A stretch of 60,436 nt of DNA, filler included. It is 5 parts of 5 records of this genome, joined end to end, with 100 filler letters (N's around TTAATTAATTAA, not from the genome) between each part and the next. Parts side by side here need not be neighbours in the genome. Positions count along the whole stretch, not along the records: positions 17,194 to 31,274 come from DRR723986_8069; 4 more parts are not named here. One strand, written 5' to 3'. The translations under genes and the position numbers were made by a program. The notes beneath the pieces are model-generated. The model searched no databases and was not told the DNA's origin. It worked only from the letters and a program-made list of their open reading frames with translations. Numbering within the stretch: the stretch's first letter is position 1; each line of letters begins with the position of its first letter. Below are positions 18,949 to 28,954 of this stretch, piece after piece.

Positions 18949-19226
18949 GCACCGAGACCATCCCGAACCTGCCGGAACTTCCCAAACTGAACCGCTTGTT
19001 CCGCCTTCAATATGAGGAGGCACAAAAAACGCATGTGTTGTTGTATCCGGAGGGAATGGTCAAACTGAATCAGTCCGCCAGTGAAATTTTGCTGCTGTGT
19101 GACGGTACGCGCACCGTGAGCGATATTGTCGCTGCGCTTGAAGCGAAATTCAACGCAAGCGGACTGGAAGCGGATGTGCGAAGCATGCTGCAAGAGGCCA
19201 CTCGACGAAACTGGCTGGAAGCATGA
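18945..19226 (+). CDS. pqqD: PqqD peptide chaperone
   Basis: [22 protein letters not shown] overlap with pqqC. Confidence 0.95.
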   Translation: MSTETIPNLPELPKLNRLFRLQYEEAQKTHVLLYPEGMVKLNQSASEILLLCDGTRTVSDIVAALEAKFNASGLEADVRSMLQEATRRNWLEA

Positions 19227-20419
19227 CAGGCGTGAGTTCAACCAACACTCGCCCCGCTGGCCCACTTTGGCTATTGGCTGAACTGACTTACCGCTGCCCG
19301 CTGCATTGTGTGTTCTGCTACAACCCGGTTGATTACAAGACCAACACGCATGAATTGAGCACTGCCGAGTGGAAAGACACCATGAAGCAGGCCCGTGCGC
19401 TGGGTGCAGTTCAATTGGGTTTTTCCGGTGGTGAGCCCTTGCTTCGAGACGACCTCGAAGAGTTGGTGGCCTATGGCCATGAACTGGGCTACTACACCAA
19501 CTTGATCACCTCAGGCATCGGCCTGAAACCCGCACGGCTTGATGCCCTGAAAGCCGCTGGCCTCGACCACATCCAGGTGAGTTTTCAAGATGCAACCCAG
19601 GCCGCAAATGATGCACTGAGTGATACAAAAACATTTGCCAAGAAACTGGAAATTGCAAGCGCTGTGAAAGCGGCCGGTTGGCCCATGGTGTTGAACGTGG
19701 TACTCCATCGGTTGAATCTCGACCACATTGATTCAATTATTGAGTTGGCTGTCAAACTGGGCGTTGAATACCTGGAGCTGGCGAATACCCAGTATTACGG
19801 CTGGGCATTTAAAAACAAGGCTGCCCTGATTCCGACCCATGAACAGTTAAAACACGCCGAAGAACGCGTAGCCGTGTGGCGCGAGAAGTTGGGCAACCGC
19901 ATGAAATTGTTGTTCGTGGTGCCCGATTATTTCGAGAAAACCCCCAAGCCCTGCATGAGCGGATGGGGCAATGTTTTTCTCAGCATCAGCCCCGACGGCA
20001 CCGCTTTGCCATGCCAGGCCGCACGCATGCTGCCCGGCTTTGAATTTCCAAATGTAAAAACCAGCACGGTTGAACACATTTGGTACGAGAGCGATGGATT
20101 CACCCGTTACCGTGGCGATGCGTGGATGAAGGACCCCTGCAGAACCTGCCCCGACATGGCCAAAGATTACGGCGGTTGCAGGTGCCAGGCCTACCTGATC
20201 ACAGGCGACGCCACCAGCGCCGACCCGGTATGCCACAAATCACCTGATCATGACAAAGTAATCGCCTTCGTTGATGCGGCGCAGCGCCGCGACAATCCCA
20301 ACGATTACCTGAAGGTTCAGAAGCCTGAACAGCAAGCATTGGCCAATACCACCGAGGTGCCCGTGGTATGGTATCGCAGCGATCACAACAGCTTGCACCT
20401 CAGCAAAAACGGCACTTGA
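19223..20419 (+). CDS. pqqE: PqqE radical SAM/SPASM protein
   Basis: WLLAELTYRCPLHCVFC, PKPCMSGWG, GGCRCQA. Confidence 0.97.
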   Translation: MTGVSSTNTRPAGPLWLLAELTYRCPLHCVFCYNPVDYKTNTHELSTAEWKDTMKQARALGAVQLGFSGGEPLLRDDLEELVAYGHELGYYTNLITSGIGLKPARLDALKAAGLDHIQVSFQDATQAANDALSDTKTFAKKLEIASAVKAAGWPMVLNVVLHRLNLDHIDSIIELAVKLGVEYLELANTQYYGWAFKNKAALIPTHEQLKHAEERVAVWREKLGNRMKLLFVVPDYFEKTPKPCMSGWGNVFLSISPDGTALPCQAARMLPGFEFPNVKTSTVEHIWYESDGFTRYRGDAWMKDPCRTCPDMAKDYGGCRCQAYLITGDATSADPVCHKSPDHDKVIAFVDAAQRRDNPNDYLKVQKPEQQALANTTEVPVVWYRSDHNSLHLSKNGT

Positions 20420-21201
20420 ACACCACCAACACCGCAATCGACACCACCATCCGCCTGCACGCACAGGGCTTGTGCTTCTCTTGGGGAGAACGGCGGGCAC
20501 TGAGCAATGTCAGCCTTGATTTGAATGCAGGCGAAATGTTCGGCCTGCTCGGGCCCAATGGTGCCGGTAAAACCACGCTCATCAGCCTGATCGCAGGCCT
20601 GATCACTCCCGACCAGGGCGAGCTCTCGGTGCTGGGTTACAGCACCCGCAGGGCCGCAGACCTGGCTAGAAAAAATCTGGGTTTTGTGTTCCAGTCAGTG
20701 TCACTGGATCGTTTCATGACCGTGGAAGAAAACCTGATGTTTGCAGCAGGCCTGCAAGGTTTGAACAAGGCTCAAGCAAAAACCAATCTCGCACACCTGT
20801 TCACCATTTTCCCAATTCAGGCCTGGTTAAACCGCACCGTGGGAAGCCTGTCAGGCGGACAAAGAAGACTGGTGGACATTGCACGCGCCATGGTGCACAA
20901 ACCCGGCGTTCTTATTCTCGACGAACCCACCACTGCGCTGGACGTGCCGTCCAAAAACAGCGTGTGGCAAACCTTGAAGACCCTGCAGGCGATTGACGGA
21001 CTGACTATTTTCATTGCGACGCATTTGATGGACGAAGCCAACAGTTGCGACCGGGTCGGTTTTCTTCACCAAGGTGAATTGAATTGGCTGGGCACACCTG
21101 CACAAGCGCTGGATGAATTGCCCGACCAAAGCGTCACCAGCGTGCGCACAGCCACCCTGGCGGACTGGTTTGTCTGGAAAATGAACGGTGGAGCCCACTG
21201 A
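20416..21201 (+). CDS. ABC ATP-binding protein of the PQQ alcohol dehydrogenase system (PedB-like)
   Basis: [23 protein letters not shown] start overlapping the pqqE stop; context. Confidence 0.8.
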   Translation: MNTTNTAIDTTIRLHAQGLCFSWGERRALSNVSLDLNAGEMFGLLGPNGAGKTTLISLIAGLITPDQGELSVLGYSTRRAADLARKNLGFVFQSVSLDRFMTVEENLMFAAGLQGLNKAQAKTNLAHLFTIFPIQAWLNRTVGSLSGGQRRLVDIARAMVHKPGVLILDEPTTALDVPSKNSVWQTLKTLQAIDGLTIFIATHLMDEANSCDRVGFLHQGELNWLGTPAQALDELPDQSVTSVRTATLADWFVWKMNGGAH

Positions 21202-22018
21202 GATGTTGATGCATTTTTACTGGGCTGTAATACGCCGCGAAAGCCAAAAGCTGTTGAAGCAACGAGATCGCCTTGCAGCAGCCATGGTGCGCCCTGTGCT
21301 GTGGTTGTGGATCATCGGTGGCGGCATGCAAGCTTTGGCCGGCGGTGACTACACCGCACGTTTGCTACCCGGCATTGTGGGCATGACACTGCTGTTTGGC
21401 GGCATGGTGGGTGGCCTGAGCATTGCGCTGGACAAAGACGCCGGCACCATGCGCCTGCTGGTGACCGCCCCTGTCAAAACACACCACATCCTGATTGCAA
21501 AAACCCTCGGGGCCGCAATAGGTGCGCTGGTTCAAATGGGCTTGCTGATCACCTTGCTACTCGCGCTTGAAGGCCTGTACACCCTTCTGTTTCCCTTGGG
21601 CTTTGATTTACAAGACGTACTGCCATGGGTTGGTCGTACCTTGTGGCCTGAGTTACATGTACTGCTGCCAGGTGCGGCATTGGCCGCGATGACTTGTGCT
21701 GCCTTGGGTGTGCTGTGTGGTACTTTTGCAAAAAGCATTGATGGTTTTGCAGTCATGATGAACTTCGTGATTTTTCCGGTGTTCTTTTTCAGCGGTGCCT
21801 TATACCCCATCGAACCCATGCCGGCCCTGGCACGTTGGGTAGCCTTGCTCAATCCATTTTCTTACTGTGTCGACTTGCTGCGACATGCGTTCAGCAGCCA
21901 TGCTGAATTTGGTTTGATGTTTGCCACGCTGGTGCTTGTGGGTGCAACTGTGGCCATGCTGATTGTCGCCACCTGGAAGTTCTCGCAAAGTGGTGCAGCA
22001 GTGCCATTGAATCAATAA
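21188..22018 (+). CDS. ABC-2 permease of the PQQ alcohol dehydrogenase system (PedC-like)
   Basis: RLAAAMVRPVLWL, GTMRLLVTAP, FAVMMNFVIFPVFFFSGALYP, NPFSY. Confidence 0.8.
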   Translation: MEPTEMLMHFYWAVIRRESQKLLKQRDRLAAAMVRPVLWLWIIGGGMQALAGGDYTARLLPGIVGMTLLFGGMVGGLSIALDKDAGTMRLLVTAPVKTHHILIAKTLGAAIGALVQMGLLITLLLALEGLYTLLFPLGFDLQDVLPWVGRTLWPELHVLLPGAALAAMTCAALGVLCGTFAKSIDGFAVMMNFVIFPVFFFSGALYPIEPMPALARWVALLNPFSYCVDLLRHAFSSHAEFGLMFATLVLVGATVAMLIVATWKFSQSGAAVPLNQ

Positions 22019-22140
22019 AATACTATTTTTCAATAGATTTTATAGAGGATAATTCTATATTTTATAAGCACGATCGTTCGTATTTTTACTTACAATGTCC
22101 TCGGAAATTCCATTCTCAAAAACGGACCTACGAGGACGAC

Positions 22141-23418
22141 ATGAAACATTCCCCTTTCCAAATCAAAACGATCTGTGCTGCCGTCGCCACATTGAGCATG
22201 GCTGGTACCGTTCAGGCTGCAGGGTTTGCCCTGCTTGAACAAAATGCAAGTGGTGCCGGTGTGGCTTATGCAGGCAAAGCAGCCATTGGCGAAGACGCCA
22301 GCGCTGCTTGGTTTAACCCCGCCAGCATGAGCCGCCTGAAAGAACGCCAGGTTGTGCTGGGTGGGCACTACATCGACTTGAATAGCGAATTCAACAACGA
22401 AGGGTCTACTTCTCCTGCTGCAATGCCTGCGAACCCTGGTCGCAATGTGGGTGATTTCGGTTCAGAAGGTTACATCCCTAACTTTCATCTGGTTGTGCCC
22501 TTTAATGACAAGATCAATTTCGGTTTTTCTGTGGCCACTCCGTTTGGTTTGAAAACTGATTATCAAGCCGACTGGATTGGTCGCTTTCAGGGCATCACCT
22601 CTGACATCAAATCATTGAACATCAACCCGTCGCTGTCCTACAAGTTCAATGAACAGTGGTCTGCAGGCGTCGGCGTGTCAGCTCAAAAACTGGATGCCAA
22701 GCTCAGTTCTTCCACTGTATTGGGGCTGAATACTGAGTCGCTGACCACTATTGCTGGCGACGGTTGGGGTTATGGCTTTAACCTGGGTGTGATGGGTCAA
22801 GTCACACCAGCAACACGCGTAGGTATCGCCTATCGCTCAGCAATCGAACAGGATCTCGAAGGCAATGTCACATTCAGTGGCCCGGCCGCGGCCACGCAGA
22901 ATAGTGACTTGAGCAGCAAGATCCGCCTACCCTCTTCACTGAGCATTTCCAGCGTCACCGAGTTGAATCCCAAGTGGCAACTGTTGGCAGACGCCACATG
23001 GACCGAATGGACAACCATTCAGAAACTGCAGTTTGACCGTGTCAATGCAGGTGGAGGCGCTGCGCCCATTCCAGTGCAAGACTACGAATGGAAAAACAGC
23101 TGGCGCTTTGCGGTGGGTGGTATTTACAAGTACAGCGACACCATCAACCTGAAAGCCGGTTTGGCTTATGACATTACCCCAGTGCCCGACGAGCGTCGCA
23201 AAGTTCGCTTGCCGGATGAAAACCGAATTACTTTTGCCGTGGGATCACAGTACCAGTTCGACAAAGCCACCACCTTCGATGTGGCCTTTCAGTATGTGAT
23301 GCCCGACAAGGCAAAAATTGACAGCACTGAAGGCGCTGGTGGAGCTCAAAGCCGCATTCTTGGCACAGCCGAGGGCGATGCATTCATCCTCTCAGGCCAA
23401 GTGTCCTACAAGTTCTAA
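22141..23418 (+). CDS. FadL/OmpP1-family outer-membrane channel
   Basis: AAGFALLEQNASG..AYAG, WFNPA, PFGLKTDY, C-terminal YKF. Confidence 0.92.
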   Translation: MKHSPFQIKTICAAVATLSMAGTVQAAGFALLEQNASGAGVAYAGKAAIGEDASAAWFNPASMSRLKERQVVLGGHYIDLNSEFNNEGSTSPAAMPANPGRNVGDFGSEGYIPNFHLVVPFNDKINFGFSVATPFGLKTDYQADWIGRFQGITSDIKSLNINPSLSYKFNEQWSAGVGVSAQKLDAKLSSSTVLGLNTESLTTIAGDGWGYGFNLGVMGQVTPATRVGIAYRSAIEQDLEGNVTFSGPAAATQNSDLSSKIRLPSSLSISSVTELNPKWQLLADATWTEWTTIQKLQFDRVNAGGGAAPIPVQDYEWKNSWRFAVGGIYKYSDTINLKAGLAYDITPVPDERRKVRLPDENRITFAVGSQYQFDKATTFDVAFQYVMPDKAKIDSTEGAGGAQSRILGTAEGDAFILSGQVSYKF

Positions 23419-23650
23419 AACCTTCAGGCGAAAAAATGCCCGGCTCAAGGCCGGGCTGAAAAGACGCATTCGTTTAGGAGACTCTCAAACCGCCACAACT
23501 TTTTCCGGCTCCCAATCAATGCCGGAAAAAGGTCCCAAGGAGCAATTTGATTAAACCGTTTGCGTCAATAAGTTCCCTGCGGAGCAGGCAGAAAACTTGG
23601 GGGTGAAAATGACAACACTTCTAAAACGCTCTACTACTTCACTACTCACC

Positions 23651-23674
23651 AAACCACCCCACACGGGGCGGTTT
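23651..23674 (-). terminator. Hairpin downstream of the PQQ dehydrogenase
   Basis: aaaccacccc acac ggggcggttt inverted repeat. Confidence 0.55.
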
Positions 23675-23693
23675 GATGTACTTCACAAACTGA

Positions 23694-25439
23694 TTACTTC
23701 ATCAGCTTGAATACCCACACGGAGCCACCTTGTTCAAGGTAGTTCACCTTGCTGGCTACGTCACCGCCCCACAGGGGAACAGCGCCGCCCCAACCAGACA
23801 CAACAGCCACGTACTGCTGACCGTCTTTGCCTTTCCAGGTCACGGGAGGTGCAACCACGCCGGAGCCAGTCTGGAACTTCCATACTTCCTTACCGGTCTT
23901 GGCATCAGCCGCCTTCAGGAAGCCTTCTGGAGTACCCCAGAACACCAGGTTACCGCCAGTGGTCAGAACACCACCCCACAGAGGCGCATTGTTGGTGATT
24001 TCCCATTCGATCTTGCCAGTCTTGGGGTTCATCGCACGCAGGGCGCCGATGTAGTCAAAGCCAGGCAATGTCTTGATGGTGAAACCAGCGCCCAGGTAAG
24101 CAGCACCTTTCTTGTAAGTGATTGGCTCGTTCCAGATTTCCATGCCCCACTCGTTGGCAGGAACATAGAACAGACCTGTGTCAGGGCTGTAAGCCATGGG
24201 TTGCTGGTTCTTGCCACCCAGGAAAGATGGTGCAGAGAATACAACCTCACCCTTCTTGCCATCTTTGGCAGTAGGATCGCCAGGACGGTTGGCTGGATCG
24301 AAAATCGGACGACCTGTCTTCATGTCGATGCCCTTGGCCCATGTGATCTTCTTCACGAATGGGAAGGCATTTTCCAGTTTGCCGGTTGCAGCGTCATTGA
24401 TGTACATGAAGCCGTTGCGGTCAGCCTTGGCGCCAACACGCTTGCCATTCATGTCGAAGGTCACGAACTCGTTCACACCGTCGTAGTCCCAACCGTCGTT
24501 CGGTGTGGACTGGTAGTGCCACTTGATCTGGCCGGTTTTTACATCGATTGCCACTGTGGATGTGGAATACAGGTTGTCGCCGGGGCGCAGGTGGCTGTTC
24601 CAGGGAGCTGGGTTACCAGTACCGAAGTAGGCCAAGCCAGTCTTGCTGTCGTATGTACCGCCCAGCCAGGTTGCTGCACCACCGGTTTTCCACATGTCGC
24701 CTTTCCAGGTGGCATTCGTGGTACCGGAAATACCAGCTTCCTTCTTGTTACCGTCTTTGTCCCACACGTAACCCATGTGACCTTCAACGGTTGGACGCAG
24801 CCATACCATTTCACCGGTCTTGGCATTGCGGGCCTCAACGCGGCCTACCACACCAAATTCACCACCAGATACGCCTGTCAACACCAAACCATTGGCGATG
24901 ATGGGTGCAGCAGTGTTGGAATAACCAGCGGCGTAGTCGTCAATCTTGTCCTTCCAAACCACCTTACCGGTGTTCTGGTCCAGAGCGATCAACTGGGCAT
25001 CCAGTGTCGAGAAAATAACCAGGTTGTCATACAGGGCGGCACCGCGGTTCACCACGTCGCAGCAAGGCATAATGCCTTCTGGCAGACGGTGTTCGTACTT
25101 CCACAGCTTTTCACCTGTGGCAGCGTCCAGTGCGTAAATACGTGAATAGGAACCGGTGACAAACATCTTGCCGTTGTGAATCAGCGGCTGGCTTTCCTGA
25201 CCACGCTGCTTTTCACCGCCGAACGAGAATGACCAGGCTGGAACCAGCTTGCCAATGTTCGATACGTTGATGTCTTTCAATGGGCTGTAACGCTGACCCT
25301 CTGTACCCATACCCCAGGAGAGAATATCGCCTGTGGATTTGGCATCGTTTTGAATCATTGCGTCTGTCACAGCGGCCGAAGCCACTGCGGGAATCGCCAG
25401 TGCGGTTGCTACCATCGCGCTAAGCAGAGTTTTGCGCAT
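23694..25439 (-). CDS. pedH: PQQ-dependent alcohol dehydrogenase, lanthanide-type (PedH/ExaF-like)
   Basis: Signal peptide, [23 protein letters not shown] vicinal Cys pair, W-propeller repeats, active-site WDYDGVNE. Confidence 0.85.
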   Translation of the reverse strand: MRKTLLSAMVATALAIPAVASAAVTDAMIQNDAKSTGDILSWGMGTEGQRYSPLKDINVSNIGKLVPAWSFSFGGEKQRGQESQPLIHNGKMFVTGSYSRIYALDAATGEKLWKYEHRLPEGIMPCCDVVNRGAALYDNLVIFSTLDAQLIALDQNTGKVVWKDKIDDYAAGYSNTAAPIIANGLVLTGVSGGEFGVVGRVEARNAKTGEMVWLRPTVEGHMGYVWDKDGNKKEAGISGTTNATWKGDMWKTGGAATWLGGTYDSKTGLAYFGTGNPAPWNSHLRPGDNLYSTSTVAIDVKTGQIKWHYQSTPNDGWDYDGVNEFVTFDMNGKRVGAKADRNGFMYINDAATGKLENAFPFVKKITWAKGIDMKTGRPIFDPANRPGDPTAKDGKKGEVVFSAPSFLGGKNQQPMAYSPDTGLFYVPANEWGMEIWNEPITYKKGAAYLGAGFTIKTLPGFDYIGALRAMNPKTGKIEWEITNNAPLWGGVLTTGGNLVFWGTPEGFLKAADAKTGKEVWKFQTGSGVVAPPVTWKGKDGQQYVAVVSGWGGAVPLWGGDVASKVNYLEQGGSVWVFKLMK

Positions 25440-25523
25440 TATTTGTTTCTCCTCTCTTCATCCGTTACTTTGAGGTTCTCGCCCCTCGTTTGCAGAGTCG
25501 GGGCTACCCAGTGACAACCTAGC

Positions 25524-25538
25524 GCAAGCTTCATGCCA
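25524..25538 (-). promoter_or_regulatory. Sigma-54 promoter of the PQQ ADH gene
   Basis: Minus strand TGGCATGAAGCTTGC = GG-N10-GC; IHF-like AATCAGTACTTTA at 25578-25590. Confidence 0.8.
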
Positions 25539-25739
25539 AGTAGAATAATTCATCTAAATAAATTTTTTATTCAATAAAATCAGTACTTTAAGAAAACACC
25601 CTCATTTGAGTGATTTCCTTCACCGCGATCAACAAAAAAAGAGACAGTTTTGTGACATTGCAACAGCGCACCTGTTCAGCAACACACAAACTGTCCCTTT
25701 TTGACACACTTGGTACAGCGTTAACCCTGATGATTTTTC

Positions 25740-26726
25740 TCAGAATCCGCCCAAAGCCTGCTTCTCATATAGAGGATACAAATTGGTCACATTGCGATAA
25801 AACTCGGCCGGGTAAGCGGCAAAGTTCCGGAATCGCTCGGGAGCACCTTTCCTCATTACATCATTGATTTCCTCGCCCATATTGGCTGCATCAGTGAGTC
25901 GTTTGTCCAGCCAAGTCAGGTAATCCAGCGTTTGGTCAATCGCTTCACTACCCCAACTCACAGGACCATGACTGGGCACCACCACTTTGGGTTTCATGGT
26001 TTGCAGTTTTTTGAGGCTTTCAATCCAGGGTTTCAACTGGGCATGCGGCGTGGTCACAATGCGCTTGTAAAACACCAGGCCCCCCGCCCACATCACCCTG
26101 CTTTCCGGATCAAACACCACCAAATCCGAATCAGTGTGGCCTTTTAACTCCAGGGTTTCGATGGATTTGTCCCCGAAGGTCTTCAACCTGCCCGGCACAA
26201 TGGTCTGCACGGGAAATACGCTTTCCGTGCCCTTCATCCAGTCGCCACACAAGCGGTACAAGTTGGTTTCATACAATTCGGCTTCCGCCTTGATGCCCTG
26301 GATGGTCAGCTTCGTCGCGGCCAGTGATTCCTGGGGGTAAGCCTGGTTGCCCAGAAAATAATCCGGGTGAAGATTCAGTGCCACCACCTGCTTGACCGGC
26401 TTGCTCTTGCTGACTGAATCAATCAAGGCACGCTGCTGCTCGCCATAAATACGCGAGGTTCCGGTGTTGATGACGTACACCCCGGCCTCATCCACATAAA
26501 AGCCGGTGTTGATGATGTTGCACCCATTGGCCTGGGAAAAATCATCATTCGCACCTGCAATGACATACCAGCCGTCCGCCAGTCTGGTGGCTTTCAAGCC
26601 GTAATCAAGGGTCGATTTATTGGGTGTTGGTTTGGCAACATTGGGCAGTTCGGCCAACGCAGGGGCAGCAAGAACATTGAACATGGACACGGCAACTATT
26701 GCGCGCACAGCTTTGCACAAACTCAT
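25740..26726 (-). CDS. Quinoprotein-relay-system zinc metallohydrolase (MBL fold), periplasmic
   Basis: NGCNIINTGF, NLHPDYFLGN, GHTDSDL, PSHG; coupled to the SoxYZ-like gene. Confidence 0.85.
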   Translation of the reverse strand: MSLCKAVRAIVAVSMFNVLAAPALAELPNVAKPTPNKSTLDYGLKATRLADGWYVIAGANDDFSQANGCNIINTGFYVDEAGVYVINTGTSRIYGEQQRALIDSVSKSKPVKQVVALNLHPDYFLGNQAYPQESLAATKLTIQGIKAEAELYETNLYRLCGDWMKGTESVFPVQTIVPGRLKTFGDKSIETLELKGHTDSDLVVFDPESRVMWAGGLVFYKRIVTTPHAQLKPWIESLKKLQTMKPKVVVPSHGPVSWGSEAIDQTLDYLTWLDKRLTDAANMGEEINDVMRKGAPERFRNFAAYPAEFYRNVTNLYPLYEKQALGGF

Positions 26727-27574
26727 TGGGTAACCTTTGCATCAATCCGGTTGCCATTGTTGTCGCGCCCTACCAAACTGATTGGGCCCACCGGTTTTTT
26801 GTCAAAATCAAACGAGAACAAAGGGTTCTCCGATACGGGTTCAAATGGGTATAGCTTGGCCAGCACTTGTTTGTTCTTGTCCTGCAGAATCATCTCTTCG
26901 ATGTAAAAAGCGGGTACACCAGCCACCAAACCTGTGTCCATCGGGTGCGACACCTGCACACGCAGACGTGCGTCATCGCGCAACTGGTTGGCATCAAACA
27001 TTTTCCCAGCCACTTTGTTCAAGGTTTGGGGCCAACTGCCATCGGCCCGCGTTGCGCCAGGCACAGTACACCCGCCGCCAGCCGCTTCAATAAACGCATA
27101 GCCCACATGCCACACGCCGTCTTCAGTCAGGGCTGCAACGCGAATGGGGCTGGCTTGCTCCAGCTTGAACCGGAAATTCAAGGCAGGTTTGGCTTTCTCG
27201 GGAATGAACTCCAGCACTTTTCGAATCGGGTTTCTGTCCACCAGCACCACGATTTTTTTTACCTTGCCCAAGGCAGAAGCATCAAATGACACGGGCACAT
27301 TCATGGCATCTTCGGCAAACAAGGGCACTGTGACCTTGATGCGGGAATCAAACACGGTTTTTGCGTCCGCATCGAAGAACTGACCTTTCATGTCGGGCCA
27401 CTGCATGGAACCCAGTGGATCACCGCCGGTCAAATCGCCTTTCACTGCGCCAAGCTCGGCGGGTGCTGCAAGAACCGGGCTGGCGAAGAAATTGCTCACC
27501 AGCAAGACACTGCCCAAGAAAACCCCGAGCGGGGACTTTTTACCAATCGATTGTTTTGTACTGCTGAACATCAT
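26723..27574 (-). CDS. Quinoprotein dehydrogenase-associated fused SoxYZ-like carrier
   Basis: AEDAMNVPV, DRNPI, GGGCTVP carrier Cys, HPMDTGLV, SENP. Confidence 0.85.
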   Translation of the reverse strand: MMFSSTKQSIGKKSPLGVFLGSVLLVSNFFASPVLAAPAELGAVKGDLTGGDPLGSMQWPDMKGQFFDADAKTVFDSRIKVTVPLFAEDAMNVPVSFDASALGKVKKIVVLVDRNPIRKVLEFIPEKAKPALNFRFKLEQASPIRVAALTEDGVWHVGYAFIEAAGGGCTVPGATRADGSWPQTLNKVAGKMFDANQLRDDARLRVQVSHPMDTGLVAGVPAFYIEEMILQDKNKQVLAKLYPFEPVSENPLFSFDFDKKPVGPISLVGRDNNGNRIDAKVTQ

Positions 27575-27615
27575 GATTACCTGTCTCCTGCATTTTGTAA
27601 TCTGTCAGAATGCAA

Positions 27616-27630
27616 GCAATCGACATGCCT
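27616..27630 (-). promoter_or_regulatory. Candidate sigma-54 promoter of the SoxYZ-like/MBL operon
   Basis: Minus strand AGGCATGTCGATTGC = GG-N10-GC, about 40 nt upstream of the ATG. Confidence 0.55.
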
Positions 27631-27640
27631 GTATCCGTAA

Positions 27641-28717
27641 ATGCTAAATCTAAAAATATCCGCCCGCTGGAAAAAAGACGATGGTCAGTTTGTTGAACTG
27701 GACCAGCGCATGTTGAACACCCTTAAAACCATTGACTCGGAAGGCTCCATTTCGCTGGCCTGTAAGGCGCTGGGCATCTCATACCGTACCCTATGGTCGC
27801 AAATCCAGCAATACAACCAACTGCTGGGCGAAGAACTGGTGGCCACACACGGCAGGGCTGGTGCCTGCCTGACCCGGTTCGGTCACAAGTTGATCTGGAT
27901 GGTGGAACAGGGCAATGTGCGCGTGGCCCCCGACCTGGGTACCGTGGGCGAGCAACTGAACGCCGAATGGCTGGATGTCGATCAAAACAAGCCTTGGATC
28001 AGCCTGGCATTGAGCGACGACCTGGTGCTGCAAAACCTGTTTCAAAACACCGCACTGTACAAAAAACTGCAACTGTCGCTACGCTGGTCGGGCAGTATCG
28101 CGGCACTCTCGGCCCTGCACCGCGGTGAAGTGCGCGTTGCTGGTTGCCACTTGCCGGTTGGCCTTGAGGAACACTCCCATGTCCATCACATCATGCGGCG
28201 CTGGTTGCGCGGTTCCAACCTCAGTGTGATTGAACTGTTCGAGCGCGACATCGGCTGGATGAGCCGCCCAGCCGCCAAGCCCCCAACTTTGGAGGATGTG
28301 GCCCAAAAGCGTGCTCTGCTGGTGAACCGCAACTCGGCTTCATCCACCCACCACCAGCTGGATGCCTTGATCACCAAGGCCTGCCTGAAGGCAGAAGACT
28401 TGCCGGGATTTTTTCACGAAGAGAACTCCCATTTGGCAGTGGCCTGTACCATTGCAGCAGGACACGGTGATTTGGGCTTGGGCATTCGAGCTGCAGCTGA
28501 CCATTACGCCCTGCAATTTCGTCCAGTGTCGAAAGAACGATATTTTTTGGTATTGCACAACAGCGATTTGCAATACCCAGCAATGAATATTTTGCTGCCT
28601 TGGTTGCGCAGTGCGGAAGTATTGGAACATGTCAAGAATGCGGCGGGCTACAATCCGTCGAACTTGGGAAGAACACAGGCACTGGAATTGTTTCTCAACG
28701 AAATTCAAGCCAACTAA
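27641..28717 (+). CDS. ModE-like wHTH regulator fused to a periplasmic-binding-protein-type sensor domain
   Basis: GSISLACKALGISYRTLW HTH; GSIAALSAL..AGCHL, VNRN..SSTH, SHLAVA..GDLGLGI..ERYFLV. Confidence 0.8.
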   Translation: MLNLKISARWKKDDGQFVELDQRMLNTLKTIDSEGSISLACKALGISYRTLWSQIQQYNQLLGEELVATHGRAGACLTRFGHKLIWMVEQGNVRVAPDLGTVGEQLNAEWLDVDQNKPWISLALSDDLVLQNLFQNTALYKKLQLSLRWSGSIAALSALHRGEVRVAGCHLPVGLEEHSHVHHIMRRWLRGSNLSVIELFERDIGWMSRPAAKPPTLEDVAQKRALLVNRNSASSTHHQLDALITKACLKAEDLPGFFHEENSHLAVACTIAAGHGDLGLGIRAAADHYALQFRPVSKERYFLVLHNSDLQYPAMNILLPWLRSAEVLEHVKNAAGYNPSNLGRTQALELFLNEIQAN

Positions 28718-28895
28718 CCCCCCCTTTTTGGTGTGTCAAAACTGTGCATCGCAACAAAATTATGCAATTAATTGCATAATAAATTAAAACCCCTCTGCCA
28801 CCTTTGCTCCAAGTCTGGCAAGTTTATTCCTGATTGGTTTTCAAGCCAGATCGACTTTCGGAAAAGAACTTCCGGATATTGTTGGCAATCTACGC

Positions 28896-28910
28896 TGGCA
28901 TGCCCATTGC
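28896..28910 (+). promoter_or_regulatory. Sigma-54 promoter of the aldehyde dehydrogenase
   Basis: TGGCATGCCCATTGC = GG-N10-GC, 45 nt before ATG 28955 with an AAGGAG RBS. Confidence 0.8.
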
Positions 28911-28954
28911 GCAAAGTGCCCTACCACCATCAACACTACAAAGGAGTTAGGGAC

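Noticed and set aside
23730-25145. 471-aa ORF antisense to the PQQ dehydrogenase
   Set aside because: Shadow ORF from codon bias of a highly expressed gene; no recognisable motifs.
26723-27574. Sox thiosulfate-oxidation pathway
   Set aside because: Fused SoxYZ-like protein with internal GGGCTVP rather than C-terminal GGCGG, and no soxABX nearby.
28772-28954. N-terminal extension of the aldehyde dehydrogenase in the ORF track
   Set aside because: It overlaps the sigma-54 promoter and RBS; the true start is likely 28955.
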